Shown here: piece by piece, positions 17,488 through 26,576 of the stretch
Layout of the letters: every line of letters starts with the position of its first letter
How positions within the stretch are numbered: the first letter of the stretch is position 1
From: Longimicrobiales bacterium
Lineage (GTDB): Bacteria; Gemmatimonadota; Gemmatimonadetes; Longimicrobiales; Gaopeijiaceae
Reading direction: 5' to 3'
DNA length: 64,000 bases
Assembly: GCA_965248195.1 (NCBI GenBank)
Contig: CBDFIQ010000001.1
Location: 128,001-192,000, forward strand
Translations under genes and position numbers: made by a program
Notes under the pieces: model-generated
The model's database searches: none
What the model was told of the DNA's origin: nothing
Seen by the model: only the letters and a program-made list of their open reading frames with translations

Positions 17488-19977
17488 ATGAAATCGCTCG
17501 CGACCGCTGTCGTAATCGGGATCCTCGGCTTTGTGGCCACTTCGAATCCTCTTTCTGCGCAGGCGGTGTGGATCGGAGGCGGAGGAACGTTCCCCACGAG
17601 CGACTACGGGGACTTTGCGAACACTGGGTTCCTGTTCATGGCCGGAGCGGGTCTCCCGGTCGGAGACCAAGGCGTGTCCGTTGGCGTGGGCGGTTACTAC
17701 GGTCAGAACAATCACGAGGCCGTCGACGGAGATAAGACCAACCCGTACGGCTTTACGGGCTATGTGGAATATGACTTTGCGGGCCGAGACGCGGAGCGCA
17801 CCTTCTACGTGCTTGGGGAGTTGGGCGTCCTCTGGCACAAGTTCGGTTCAGACACATCCCCGGAGTCGACGGAGTCCGGCTTCGCGTACGGGGGTGCGGC
17901 GGGCTACGCCTTCCCGCTTGGCGGTGTCACCGGATGGGCGGAAGGGCGATTCACGCAGGCAAGCATCTCTGACGCGAACACTCAGATCATCGAGACGGTC
18001 TACAAGGTCGGGTACCGCCTGATCGCGGATGTCGCTCGCGTAAGAGCCCAGACCATGCGACGACTGACGGCCATCATGTTCACGGACATGGTGGGCTACA
18101 CGGCCCTCATGCAGGAGGACGAATCCAGCGCCACAACGTTGCGGGATCGTCACCGGACGGTGCTACGCGAGAGCATCGAAGCGCACCAGGGTGAGATCGT
18201 CCAGTTCTACGGCGACGGAACCCTCAGTGTGTTTCCGAGCGCGGTACAGGCGGTGGACGCCGCCGTCGACATCCAGCGACGCTTCCAGCGGGACCCCCCC
18301 ATCCCCGTCCGAATCGGCCTCCACATCGGCGACATCGTGCACGACCGGGACGGCGTGCACGGCGACGGTGTCAACGTCGCCGCCCGCGTGCAGGCGCTTG
18401 CGGTTCCGGGATCGGTGCTCATCTCGGGCGGGGTCTACGAGGAGCTCAAGAACCATCCTCGTCTTCCCACACGAGCCCTGGGGGACTTCGAGCTCAAGAA
18501 CGTCGAGAGGCCTCTGAGCATCCACGCCGTGGCCGCGTCCGCACTCGCAGTTCCTTCGCCCGCCGATCTGTCGTCGAGCCGCGACCGGACCCAGAAGTCC
18601 ATCGCAGTGCTCCCCTTCGTCAATATGAGCTCGGACCTCGAGAACGAATATTTCACCGACGGGATCACCGAGGAGATTCTCAACACCCTGGTCAAGTTCG
18701 ACGACCTGAAGGTGACCGCGCGCACCTCGTCCTTCGTCTTCAAGGGGAGGCACGAGGACGTCCGGGAGATCGGCCGGGCGCTGAACGTCGGGGCCGTGCT
18801 CGAGGGCAGCGTCCGCAAAGCGGGAAACCGCGTGCGCATCACCGCGCAACTCGTCGACACCGCCGACGGCTACCACCTCTTCAGCAACAGCTACGACCGG
18901 GTGCTCGAAGACATCTTTGCGGTCCAGGACGAGATCGCGCGCACCATCGCGGGGGAGCTGCGCGTCCTGTTCCCCGTGGCGGGGGCGCACACGCCCACCA
19001 CGGTGCGGAAGCCCACCGAGAGCTCCGAGGCCTACAGCCTATACCTCCGGGGTCTGCACTGCTGGAACCAAATGACGCCTGAGACGACTCAGGAGGCGCT
19101 CCGCCATTTCCGCGATGCCTTGGCGCTGGATCCGGACTTCGCCCTCGCCCATACCGGGGTCGCTCGCTGCTACACCCACCTCGGGGCCCAAGGCCGACTC
19201 CCCAGCGAAGAGGCCTACCCTGCGGCGCAAGAGGCCGCCCAACGCGCCATCGAGCTAGATCCGGAGATCGCCATGGGTCACGTGTCGCTGGGGATGGTGA
19301 GGCTCTTCTACGACTGGGACCTGGAGGCGGCCCGGAGCTGCCTGGAGCGTGCCATCGAACTGAACCCGGGATCCGCGGAAGTCCGCCACTGGGCTGGCTA
19401 CTACTACATGGTCTCGGGGCACTTCGACGAGTTTCTGGAAACCGCACAGGTGGCCGCGTCGCTCGACCCACTCTCGTTGCTCTCCCTCGACCTCTTGGGT
19501 ACTGCGAACATCTTCGCGGGAAGGCCCCGGGACAGCCTGATCCACTACGATCGCGCACTCGAAATCGACCCCACCTTCCGCACCGCCATCGAGGGGCGTG
19601 CCATGGCCTACGACCGCCTGGGAGAACACGACCGGGCCATCGAAGAATTCCTGCGCTACCGGGCGCTGACGCCCGGAGGCGTGGGGGGCCTGGGCTCCGG
19701 AGCGTCCTTGTTCGCGCGGGCGGGCCGGACGGAGGAGGCGCTGGGCTACCTCGCCGAGCTCGAGGAGCTGGAGCGGACCAGCCCGGAACTCACCCTCCAT
19801 TTCGACTTCATGGTCGCCCTCACCGCCCTCGGTCGTATCGACGAGGCGGTCGAGCGGCTGGAACGAGCCATCGAGGCCCGCATCGGCTTCGTGGTCTTCG
19901 TCCGACACACATTCCCCTGGGAGAACCTGCGCCCCGATCCCCGTATGGACGAGATCCTGGCCGCCGTGGGGCTGTAG
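17488..19977 (+). CDS. Chimeric ORF: outer-membrane beta-barrel (to ~17982) fused in frame to wHTH tip + class III cyclase + TolB-like + TPR protein
   Basis: Signal peptide and alternating beta-strands, then IIETVYKVGYRLIA (OmpR/CadC wing), MFTDMVGYT, FYGDG, GDGVNVAAR, SIAVLPFVNMS and TPRs. Internal ATG at 18055. Confidence 0.8.
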   Translation: MKSLATAVVIGILGFVATSNPLSAQAVWIGGGGTFPTSDYGDFANTGFLFMAGAGLPVGDQGVSVGVGGYYGQNNHEAVDGDKTNPYGFTGYVEYDFAGRDAERTFYVLGELGVLWHKFGSDTSPESTESGFAYGGAAGYAFPLGGVTGWAEGRFTQASISDANTQIIETVYKVGYRLIADVARVRAQTMRRLTAIMFTDMVGYTALMQEDESSATTLRDRHRTVLRESIEAHQGEIVQFYGDGTLSVFPSAVQAVDAAVDIQRRFQRDPPIPVRIGLHIGDIVHDRDGVHGDGVNVAARVQALAVPGSVLISGGVYEELKNHPRLPTRALGDFELKNVERPLSIHAVAASALAVPSPADLSSSRDRTQKSIAVLPFVNMSSDLENEYFTDGITEEILNTLVKFDDLKVTARTSSFVFKGRHEDVREIGRALNVGAVLEGSVRKAGNRVRITAQLVDTADGYHLFSNSYDRVLEDIFAVQDEIARTIAGELRVLFPVAGAHTPTTVRKPTESSEAYSLYLRGLHCWNQMTPETTQEALRHFRDALALDPDFALAHTGVARCYTHLGAQGRLPSEEAYPAAQEAAQRAIELDPEIAMGHVSLGMVRLFYDWDLEAARSCLERAIELNPGSAEVRHWAGYYYMVSGHFDEFLETAQVAASLDPLSLLSLDLLGTANIFAGRPRDSLIHYDRALEIDPTFRTAIEGRAMAYDRLGEHDRAIEEFLRYRALTPGGVGGLGSGASLFARAGRTEEALGYLAELEELERTSPELTLHFDFMVALTALGRIDEAVERLERAIEARIGFVVFVRHTFPWENLRPDPRMDEILAAVGL

Positions 19978-20078
19978 TGAGACCGGATCCAGGTTCCCGA
20001 CCGGGCTCCTCTATAGAATTGGAAACTCGTCTATCGACTGCCCGGCTGCGGGCGTGTGGGACGTCTCAGAGCGGTCGA

Positions 20079-22412
20079 CTACTTCGGGGAATCAGTGGGA
20101 GACTCTGCTTCGGCCGTCACGATCGGTCGAGACTGTTCAAGCGTGGCCGCACGTAAGCGCTGGGGGCTCCAGCGTCGTCGGGCGCTTTCGGGAATCGCGT
20201 GAGCGGCGCCACGTATCACACCTTCTGTATGGAGCTCGGAGAAGCATTCAACCAGCTTGGGCTCCAGGGCGCCGCCCGACTCCGACTGCACGAACTCCAG
20301 CGCCCACTCCTCAGTCTTGGCTTTTCGGTAGGCGCGCTCGGCGGTGAGAGCGTCGAAGATGTCAACCACAGCGAGTATTCGTGCGCCGAGGGGGATCTGC
20401 TCGTCTTTTAACCCATCTGGATAGCCGTTTCCGTCCCAGCGCTCGTGATGATGCAGGACGCACATCTTAGCCGTTTCGCTGATGGGCGCGTCCTTGAGGA
20501 TTCGGTATCCGAGGACCGTGTGCTGCTTCATGATCTCGAACTCTTTACTCGTCAGCTTGCGGGGCTTGAGAAATACGGAGTCAGGAACGCCGACCTTGCC
20601 GATGTCGTGAAGACTCGCGCCCATCCAGAGACCCTCGAGGAAGTCGTCCTCATGGCCGAGCTCGTCGGCGAGAGCGCACGAATAGGTGGCCAGACGTTGG
20701 CAGTGTGCCTCCGTCCCCTGATCCCGCGCCTCGACCGCCGTGCTGATACCCGTCAGGATCCCCAGATAGGCTTCCTCCAAGCTGCGTGTGAGCGCCCGGT
20801 TGTGGAAGCCCAGATGGAGACCCGAGGCAACGGACAGTAGCGTGTGCCTGTCCAGCGGGCCGAGGCTGCGGCTCGCGTGCACGTAGAGCACCCGGCGGCG
20901 CTCATCCTGGTCGACGACAATCGGCACGAAGGCCTCATTTCCGCCTGGCCCGACCGTAGCTTCGCCGTTGTTCTTCGCCACGACTCGTCGAAGCTCGCTC
21001 CAGTCCTGTGGCGGAGCACCGATCCCGCCCACAACCTCCCAGAACTCACCGCCCTCCTGGAGGAGCAGCACCGAGCTGGCGTCCAGCGCACCACCCAGGG
21101 TCTCGAGCAGTGGCGTAAGGGTCTCGGCGAGTTGAAGCTCGTCGAACCGGATGTCCCGGAGTCTGGCGATTACCTGGATGCTTCGGTCACGGGCGAGGAC
21201 GTCCACTCCGGAGACGTGAAGCCGATAGCCCATCGTCATCGGGAATATGAGCCCCCAGGCGAACGTGGGGCCCGCAACGCCGAAGACCAACCCGGCGGCG
21301 AACGGTAGCCAGAATAAAAGCAGCAAGCCCCCCCAACCCATCGCCCAGATCAGGAAGCCCGTTCCGGGAGACCGCCTGAGGAACACAGTGGCGCCCGCGA
21401 GCGCGAGGACCCAGACCAGCAAGATCTCCAGACCCGGCGGTACGTCGTATCGTATTCGTCCGTCGAGCAGCGTGGCGAGGTCGCTGGCGTCCACGAAGAA
21501 GCGAGGGATCGAGGCATGCATCGGAGTGGTGACCGTTTCGACTCCCGGGCCGTTCGGGCCCACCAGCACGATGGCGTTCTCGAATAGCGGGCGAGCCCGT
21601 GCGGGCAGCTCGCTGCCGCGCAGCAGGTTCTCAAGGGAGAAGGGCGGAAGGACCGTTCGATGGTCGATGTAAGACTCGCGCCCCACCTCGATTCGGTGCT
21701 CGCCAAGCTCGAGGATCCCGCTCGCGAGTCGGACTTGACCAAAAGGCACGTCCAGATGCACGCGCAGGGCTTCCACCGCGAGCGACCAGTAGGGTAGGCC
21801 CAGAACCTGTGACTGGGGCTGAGCCCGCCGGACGACGGAGTCGGGGTCCAAGCTTGCCGAACGGACGCCCACTCCGGTCGCCGCCTCAGTGAAGAGGGGC
21901 GGTGGAAGCGAGGCCTCCTGCACGGAAAGCGCCGTCGCCCCATTGCCCGAGGGCTGGACCCACTTCACGTCGGCGGCCAGCACGATGTCCTCATGCGCCG
22001 ACAGCAAGCTGGCGAAAGCGGAATCCGCTGCCGGGTCACCGCTGTTCTCTGTCAGGATCACATCGAGCACGATCACTGACGCTCCGGCATCACGGACCCG
22101 CTGGATGAACTCCCCCAGCATCCCCCACGGCACACTCCACTCGCTGGCTCTACCCGCTCCAGCTGACGGGCTTGTTCCTACCACCAGCAGGTTGTCCGGC
22201 AGCTCGCGCTCGAGAGCTCGCTGCCGGACGTCGAATGCCCAGCGGTCCAAACCCGCAGTCCACGCGGTGATCGGGAAGCGGTCGCCACCCAGGATGGCCA
22301 AGGTCAACATGGCGGCCAGGCCTCCCCCAGCGCTCACGGCGAAATAGCTGGATCTTCGGCGCAGGGTAAACCGTGGCATGGCGGCGAACAGCTTTTTGAG
22401 TAAACGACGCAC
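20079..22412 (-). CDS. CHASE2 + transmembrane + GAF-like + HD-GYP c-di-GMP phosphodiesterase
   Basis: GASVIVLDV and DPDSVVRR (CHASE2); three TM helices; EARD..TEAH, LHDIGK, HHERWDGNGYP, VDIFDALT. Exact start uncertain. Confidence 0.9.
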   Translation of the reverse strand: MRRLLKKLFAAMPRFTLRRRSSYFAVSAGGGLAAMLTLAILGGDRFPITAWTAGLDRWAFDVRQRALERELPDNLLVVGTSPSAGAGRASEWSVPWGMLGEFIQRVRDAGASVIVLDVILTENSGDPAADSAFASLLSAHEDIVLAADVKWVQPSGNGATALSVQEASLPPPLFTEAATGVGVRSASLDPDSVVRRAQPQSQVLGLPYWSLAVEALRVHLDVPFGQVRLASGILELGEHRIEVGRESYIDHRTVLPPFSLENLLRGSELPARARPLFENAIVLVGPNGPGVETVTTPMHASIPRFFVDASDLATLLDGRIRYDVPPGLEILLVWVLALAGATVFLRRSPGTGFLIWAMGWGGLLLLFWLPFAAGLVFGVAGPTFAWGLIFPMTMGYRLHVSGVDVLARDRSIQVIARLRDIRFDELQLAETLTPLLETLGGALDASSVLLLQEGGEFWEVVGGIGAPPQDWSELRRVVAKNNGEATVGPGGNEAFVPIVVDQDERRRVLYVHASRSLGPLDRHTLLSVASGLHLGFHNRALTRSLEEAYLGILTGISTAVEARDQGTEAHCQRLATYSCALADELGHEDDFLEGLWMGASLHDIGKVGVPDSVFLKPRKLTSKEFEIMKQHTVLGYRILKDAPISETAKMCVLHHHERWDGNGYPDGLKDEQIPLGARILAVVDIFDALTAERAYRKAKTEEWALEFVQSESGGALEPKLVECFSELHTEGVIRGAAHAIPESARRRWSPQRLRAATLEQSRPIVTAEAESPTDSPK

Positions 22413-22500
22413 GGCGTTCCTCAGCCTATCTATGACGTACGATCCCGGCCGCTAGCAAACGGTAACTTCCGCCCGCAGGCTGGTTTTCGGGCGCGGACCA

Positions 22501-22535
22501 TATTTAGAGGCAGGGAATATTTAGAGGCAGAGAAT
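22501..22535. repeat. Two 17-bp direct repeats (TATTTAGAGGCAG[G/A]GAA)
   Basis: Read directly from the intergenic sequence upstream of the HD-GYP gene. Confidence 0.75.
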
Positions 22536-22709
22536 CTTTAACGTTGCTGCCTCGCCCGCGGAGATGCAATGATTACGGTCGAAAGGCTCGACGCGGGCCT
22601 CTTCGAGGTCTATTTGGTATCCCTACGCCCGCCCCGGCAGGCCGGAGTACTCCCCCCGGTTGAGGTGTCGGTTGGGCCGGTTTTGTGTGTCGATTCGTCG
22701 CTGATCCGG

Positions 22710-24029
22710 CTAGCGTCCTTCTTTCCTCGCGATCCGTCCGTTGACGCGAACCCAGGTGACGGCTCCGCTTTCGTCACGGATGAATTCGACCGGCATGCCG
22801 GTATATGCGCGCGGCGGGCCGGAATACGCGAGGTCGGGCCCCCAGAAGACCAGCCGGTAGGCATTCTGGCCGCTTCCGACGACGAGCCGTCCGGCTGTGG
22901 CGCGGATCTCCACGACACTCCCAGGCGGTCTCAAGTAGCGCCCTACGTACTCCTCGAGCGGCGGCTGCGTGGCGAGCGGCTCGGCATGGAGCGTCATCCG
23001 CTCGTTGCCGCCTCGGTTGCCGCCGGTCGTCTGATTAGGCGAGAGCGCGAGTCCTTCGTAGGTGTCGAGGATGACGGTCGCGACGTCTTCGTTGAGCCTC
23101 CAGCCGACTCGGTGATTCGTGAGGATCGCGAAGGCGAGATTCCGGTCCGGCACGAGCTGGACGTGCAGACAGTGGCCGCCGAGCGAGCCCCCGTGCTGCG
23201 CGGTGAGCACACCGTTCAGCCTGCGGAGGTGCCACCCGAGACCCATCTCGTCGGTCGTGCTGTTCTTCTGGATTCGTGCGGTGCGTGTCGCTTCGAGCGA
23301 CGACCGCTGCAGGAGCCGCTGGTCATCTCCGGTCGTGCCGTCACCGAGGTGGAATTCGGCGTAGCGTAACAGGTTCTCGATGCTCATCGCGCAGCCACCC
23401 GCCGGGACGTTCGCCGGAAGCTGGAACGGCCGGATGACGACCGTCTGGCTCCCCTGCTCCCGGTGCGGCGCAGCGAAGCGGTGCGTCATCGCCTCGCCGG
23501 TGCGCGTGAAGGCTCGGTCGAGCCCGAGCGGATCGAAGACCAGGTCGCTCAGCGCCTCGCCGATGGTGCTGTCCGTCACGACCTCCAAGACACGTCCCGC
23601 TACGCCGAAGCCCGCGTTGTTGTAACTCCAAACCTCGCCGGGCCTCGCGAGCTGCGGCAGGTCGGTGAGCCCATCGGTGAAGCTGGCGAGCGTCGCGGGT
23701 CCGCGGTCCGGAGTCCCGAGCTGGCCGTGCCACCCCGGCGTGTGCGTGAGGAGATGCCAGATCCGCACCCCGCGGCTTGCCGCCTCGTCCGCGACACGGA
23801 AGTCAGGCAGGTACTCCCGCACCGGTGCCTCGACGTCGACGCGGCCCGCGTCGTGGAGTCGCATCATCGCGGTCGCGACAACCGTCTTGGAGATCGAGGC
23901 GATCGGGAAGACCGTGTCGGGCGAGACCGGCTGAGGGTTGTCGACGTTCGTGAGGCCGAAGCCCCGCCTCTGTGACCCCCCGTTCCTGGAGAGGCCGAAG
24001 GCGACGCCCGTGACCCGGTACTCGGCCAT
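22710..24029 (-). CDS. Serine hydrolase, beta-lactamase class C/AmpC-like family; probably 5'-truncated
   Basis: SxxK (ASISK), LLTHTPG, YNN, HGG. The in-frame upstream region LDPRFDDISGLIEAK has no start codon or signal peptide. Confidence 0.88.
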   Translation of the reverse strand: MAEYRVTGVAFGLSRNGGSQRRGFGLTNVDNPQPVSPDTVFPIASISKTVVATAMMRLHDAGRVDVEAPVREYLPDFRVADEAASRGVRIWHLLTHTPGWHGQLGTPDRGPATLASFTDGLTDLPQLARPGEVWSYNNAGFGVAGRVLEVVTDSTIGEALSDLVFDPLGLDRAFTRTGEAMTHRFAAPHREQGSQTVVIRPFQLPANVPAGGCAMSIENLLRYAEFHLGDGTTGDDQRLLQRSSLEATRTARIQKNSTTDEMGLGWHLRRLNGVLTAQHGGSLGGHCLHVQLVPDRNLAFAILTNHRVGWRLNEDVATVILDTYEGLALSPNQTTGGNRGGNERMTLHAEPLATQPPLEEYVGRYLRPPGSVVEIRATAGRLVVGSGQNAYRLVFWGPDLAYSGPPRAYTGMPVEFIRDESGAVTWVRVNGRIARKEGR

Positions 24030-24127
24030 CTTCGCTTCGATGAGCCCACTGATGTCGTCGAAGCGCGGGTCGAGCTGGGGGGCGCCCCGTCCACGCTGCC
24101 ATCCCCTGCCGTAAGGATTAGGTAAAC

Positions 24128-24164
24128 CAAAAGCCCTTTGACGGGTCGGGATAACGTGAAGGGC
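24128..24164. repeat. Dispersed 37-bp intergenic motif, copy 3
   Basis: CAAAAGCCCTTTGACGGGTCGGGATAACGTGAAGGGC. Followed at ~24186 by AATATCGGGC, the reverse complement of the GCCCGATATT core of the 12867 array. Confidence 0.8.
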
Positions 24165-24228
24165 AGGAGCAAAGCGGTCAAATCAAATATCGGGCGATGC
24201 GTCAATGGGATTCATGCCTCTCCCCGCC

Positions 24229-24426
24229 CCGCAACTCGGGAGTCCCGGCATTGGCGATCACGATATTGCCGTTGCTGAGCCGTCGCGCTCCGCTCGCCTG
24301 AAAGAGCAGATACTCCTCCGGGCCATCGAACGCGCCGATCGTGAGGGTCGGGTCGCTCGACAACCGCCACGCCGTCGCCTCCGGGCACTCCTCCTCAAAG
24401 TTTTCGTAGATCGTGACGCCGGAGCT
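24229..24426 (-). pseudogene. Fragment of a 6-bladed beta-propeller protein
   Basis: SGVTIYEN..WRLSSDPTLTIGAFDGPEEYLLF..ARRLSNGNIVIANAGTPELR resembles the N-terminal part of that family; no proper start or continuation. Confidence 0.6.
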
Positions 24427-24712
24427 CGTCCTCGATCGCGGCCAGATCCTTGCCGGTCTGTCGGTGGAATCGCCCCAGCAAGGCATCCAGCTCGGGACCG
24501 AGGTCGACAGGCAACGAGTCGCCCCGGACGATGAGCGTTCGGGGGTGCGCTTGCATCTCGTCCAGTACGATGAGCTCGCGAAGGAGTCCCTGCGAAGCCC
24601 CGTCGAGGAACACGACGACGAGCGTTGCACGACGAATCAGCTCGTCGGCGACGGTGCCCCAGAGCGGATCTTCCCCTTCCGGGCGTGGTTGAGCAGTCAT
24701 GTCACCTGACAA
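24395..24712 (-). CDS. Short ORF or relic resembling the C-terminal half of a TIR-like alpha/beta domain
   Basis: W..VADELIRRATLVVVFLDGASQGLLREL pattern; overlaps the TIR-NLR start head to head. Confidence 0.4.
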   Translation of the reverse strand: MSGDMTAQPRPEGEDPLWGTVADELIRRATLVVVFLDGASQGLLRELIVLDEMQAHPRTLIVRGDSLPVDLGPELDALLGRFHRQTGKDLAAIEDELRRHDLRKL

Positions 24713-26576
24713 CGACCCATCTTGGGACGTCTTTCTCTCCTACGCTCGGAAGGACGACGAGAAGTTCGTCAAAAAGCTCAGAGACGACCTGGTATCCGAG
24801 GGCAAGAGCGTCTGGTGGGACCGCGAGGCGATGGAGAGTCGCGGCCGGGGATTCCCGCTCGAGATCCGAGACGCCATCTGGCATTCCAATAGGGTGGTCG
24901 CTGTGCTCGGTCCGGTAGCTCTCCAGTCCGACTACGTGCGGTTCGAATGGTCGCACGCTCATCTCTACGCGAAGGCCGTCGTTCCGATCCTGAGGAAGGG
25001 AGCGTACGACGGCCTGGGGCAGGATACGGCGACGCTTCTGTTCCGCGACGAGATGGAGGGCCTCACCGAAGAGCTACGACCCGCCGAGTTGGCGGAGCGG
25101 CACTGCATCGACTTCACTGATGACGAGAAGTATCCGGACGCCCTCGAGGAGTTGTTGGACAAGCTGGAGGGAGAGATTCTCCCGCTGGCCGACCTTCATG
25201 CTGCGCCCAGGTTCCCTCCACCAAACTTCGTGCCGCTCCCGAAGATCGTGGGCATGCTGTCCGATCTCCTGATCTACGACGTCGATGACCCGCGGTCACT
25301 GCGCACGGACATCAGGACCACCGTCTTGCGCGGGCGAGGGGGAATGGGCAAGTCCGTCATGGCGAACGCCTTCGCCAATGCGGTCAAGACTCGGTGGGCG
25401 TTCCTGGATGGGATCTTCTGGGTGCCCATCGGGCGGAGTCCCAACGATGAGAGACTGCTCGAGGCTCTTCGCCACATCGCGCTCCACGTAGACAGGAACC
25501 AGCTACCGACATACACGGACCGGCGGATCGCGAGGACGCTTCTGACTGAAGCCCTCAGCGAAACGCGATGTCTTCTGATCTTGGACGACGTGTGGGAAGC
25601 CGGAGACGTCCGGGACTTCACAGACGTCCTCGGACCCGCTTGTTCACTGCTCATCACGACCCGGAACGACGACGTCGCGGCTGGTCTGGGTGCGAGCCGC
25701 GTCGACCTGGAGACGTTGCCGCTCAAGAAAAGTGTCGCCCTTCAGCTGCTTGGCGATTGGGCCAAACAGTCGCCCGAGACTCTCCCACCCGAGGCCGAAG
25801 TGGTGGTGAAATTCTGCGATCACGTTCCGCTGGCTCTTGCCCTGTGCGGTGCGCTCATCCAGAAGGGTGAGACCTCGTGGCCGCGACTGCCGACCGTTCT
25901 GGCCGAGGCGAGGGAGCGAGTCCTGGACTCCTCGCTCCCCGCGTACGATCCGAAGGAGATCAACGTCTTCACGCCTATCGCCGCCAGCCTTCAATACCTG
26001 AAGGAGCTCGATCAGGAGGACGAGAAGGTCGGCAAGGAGCCGCTTCATCGATACGACAGCTATGTCGACCTGGCCGTCCTGCCCAACGATGCCCTGACCC
26101 CGGAAGCGGTCGTGTGCGCCCTCTGGATCGCCAACCAGGCCTTGGACCAGGATCTGTCGGTGAAGCTCCTCAGCCAATTGGACAGCAGAGCCCTGCTGCG
26201 GTTCCTTGGGGACCCTCCACTCGGGGAGATCCTGCTCCACAACCTGCAACACTTCTTCCTCGCCTCCCGGATCGACGCGGAGGAGACGACGGTGCTCCAC
26301 GGTGTGCTCGGGAGGGCATTGATGCAGCTATGGAGCACCGATCGGTCCCGGGGGGGGGGGGGGGGGGGGGCCGGAACCGGAGCGAGCTCTGGAGCTGGAG
26401 GAAGACGACACGGTGACGAGCTACTGCGTACGGTTCCTATGTCGGCATCTCCGGGAAGGCTGCTGTTGGGAAGAGCTGGGACGGCTTCTGGCAGATGTCC
26501 GATTCCTGCGGAGGAAGCAGGAGCCGGCCGCCCAGCTCGGATTGGAGGAGGAGATCCTGGATCTGTTGGCCGATGA
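24699..26576 (+). CDS. TIR + NB-ARC (STAND/NLR-like) protein, N-terminal part; goes out of frame at the G21 tract
   Basis: TIR: DVFLSYAR, VWWD, SDYVRFEW. NB-ARC: Walker A GRGGMGKS, Walker B LLILDDVW, LLITTR, HVPLAL, MHD-like LHNL. Sequence after 26370 in this frame looks non-native. Confidence 0.9.
   Translation: MSPDNDPSWDVFLSYARKDDEKFVKKLRDDLVSEGKSVWWDREAMESRGRGFPLEIRDAIWHSNRVVAVLGPVALQSDYVRFEWSHAHLYAKAVVPILRKGAYDGLGQDTATLLFRDEMEGLTEELRPAELAERHCIDFTDDEKYPDALEELLDKLEGEILPLADLHAAPRFPPPNFVPLPKIVGMLSDLLIYDVDDPRSLRTDIRTTVLRGRGGMGKSVMANAFANAVKTRWAFLDGIFWVPIGRSPNDERLLEALRHIALHVDRNQLPTYTDRRIARTLLTEALSETRCLLILDDVWEAGDVRDFTDVLGPACSLLITTRNDDVAAGLGASRVDLETLPLKKSVALQLLGDWAKQSPETLPPEAEVVVKFCDHVPLALALCGALIQKGETSWPRLPTVLAEARERVLDSSLPAYDPKEINVFTPIAASLQYLKELDQEDEKVGKEPLHRYDSYVDLAVLPNDALTPEAVVCALWIANQALDQDLSVKLLSQLDSRALLRFLGDPPLGEILLHNLQHFFLASRIDAEETTVLHGVLGRALMQLWSTDRSRGGGGGGAGTGASSGAGGRRHGDELLRTVPMSASPGRLLLGRAGTASGRCPIPAEEAGAGRPARIGGGDPGSVGR
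26350..26370 (+). repeat. G21 homopolymer tract
   Basis: 21 consecutive G inside the NLR-like gene, exactly at the frame switch. Confidence 0.95.

Noticed and set aside
24102..24130. Xer dif-like site (…CGTAAGGATTAGGTAAAC)
   Set aside because: Arm spacing is not 6 bp and the match is poor.
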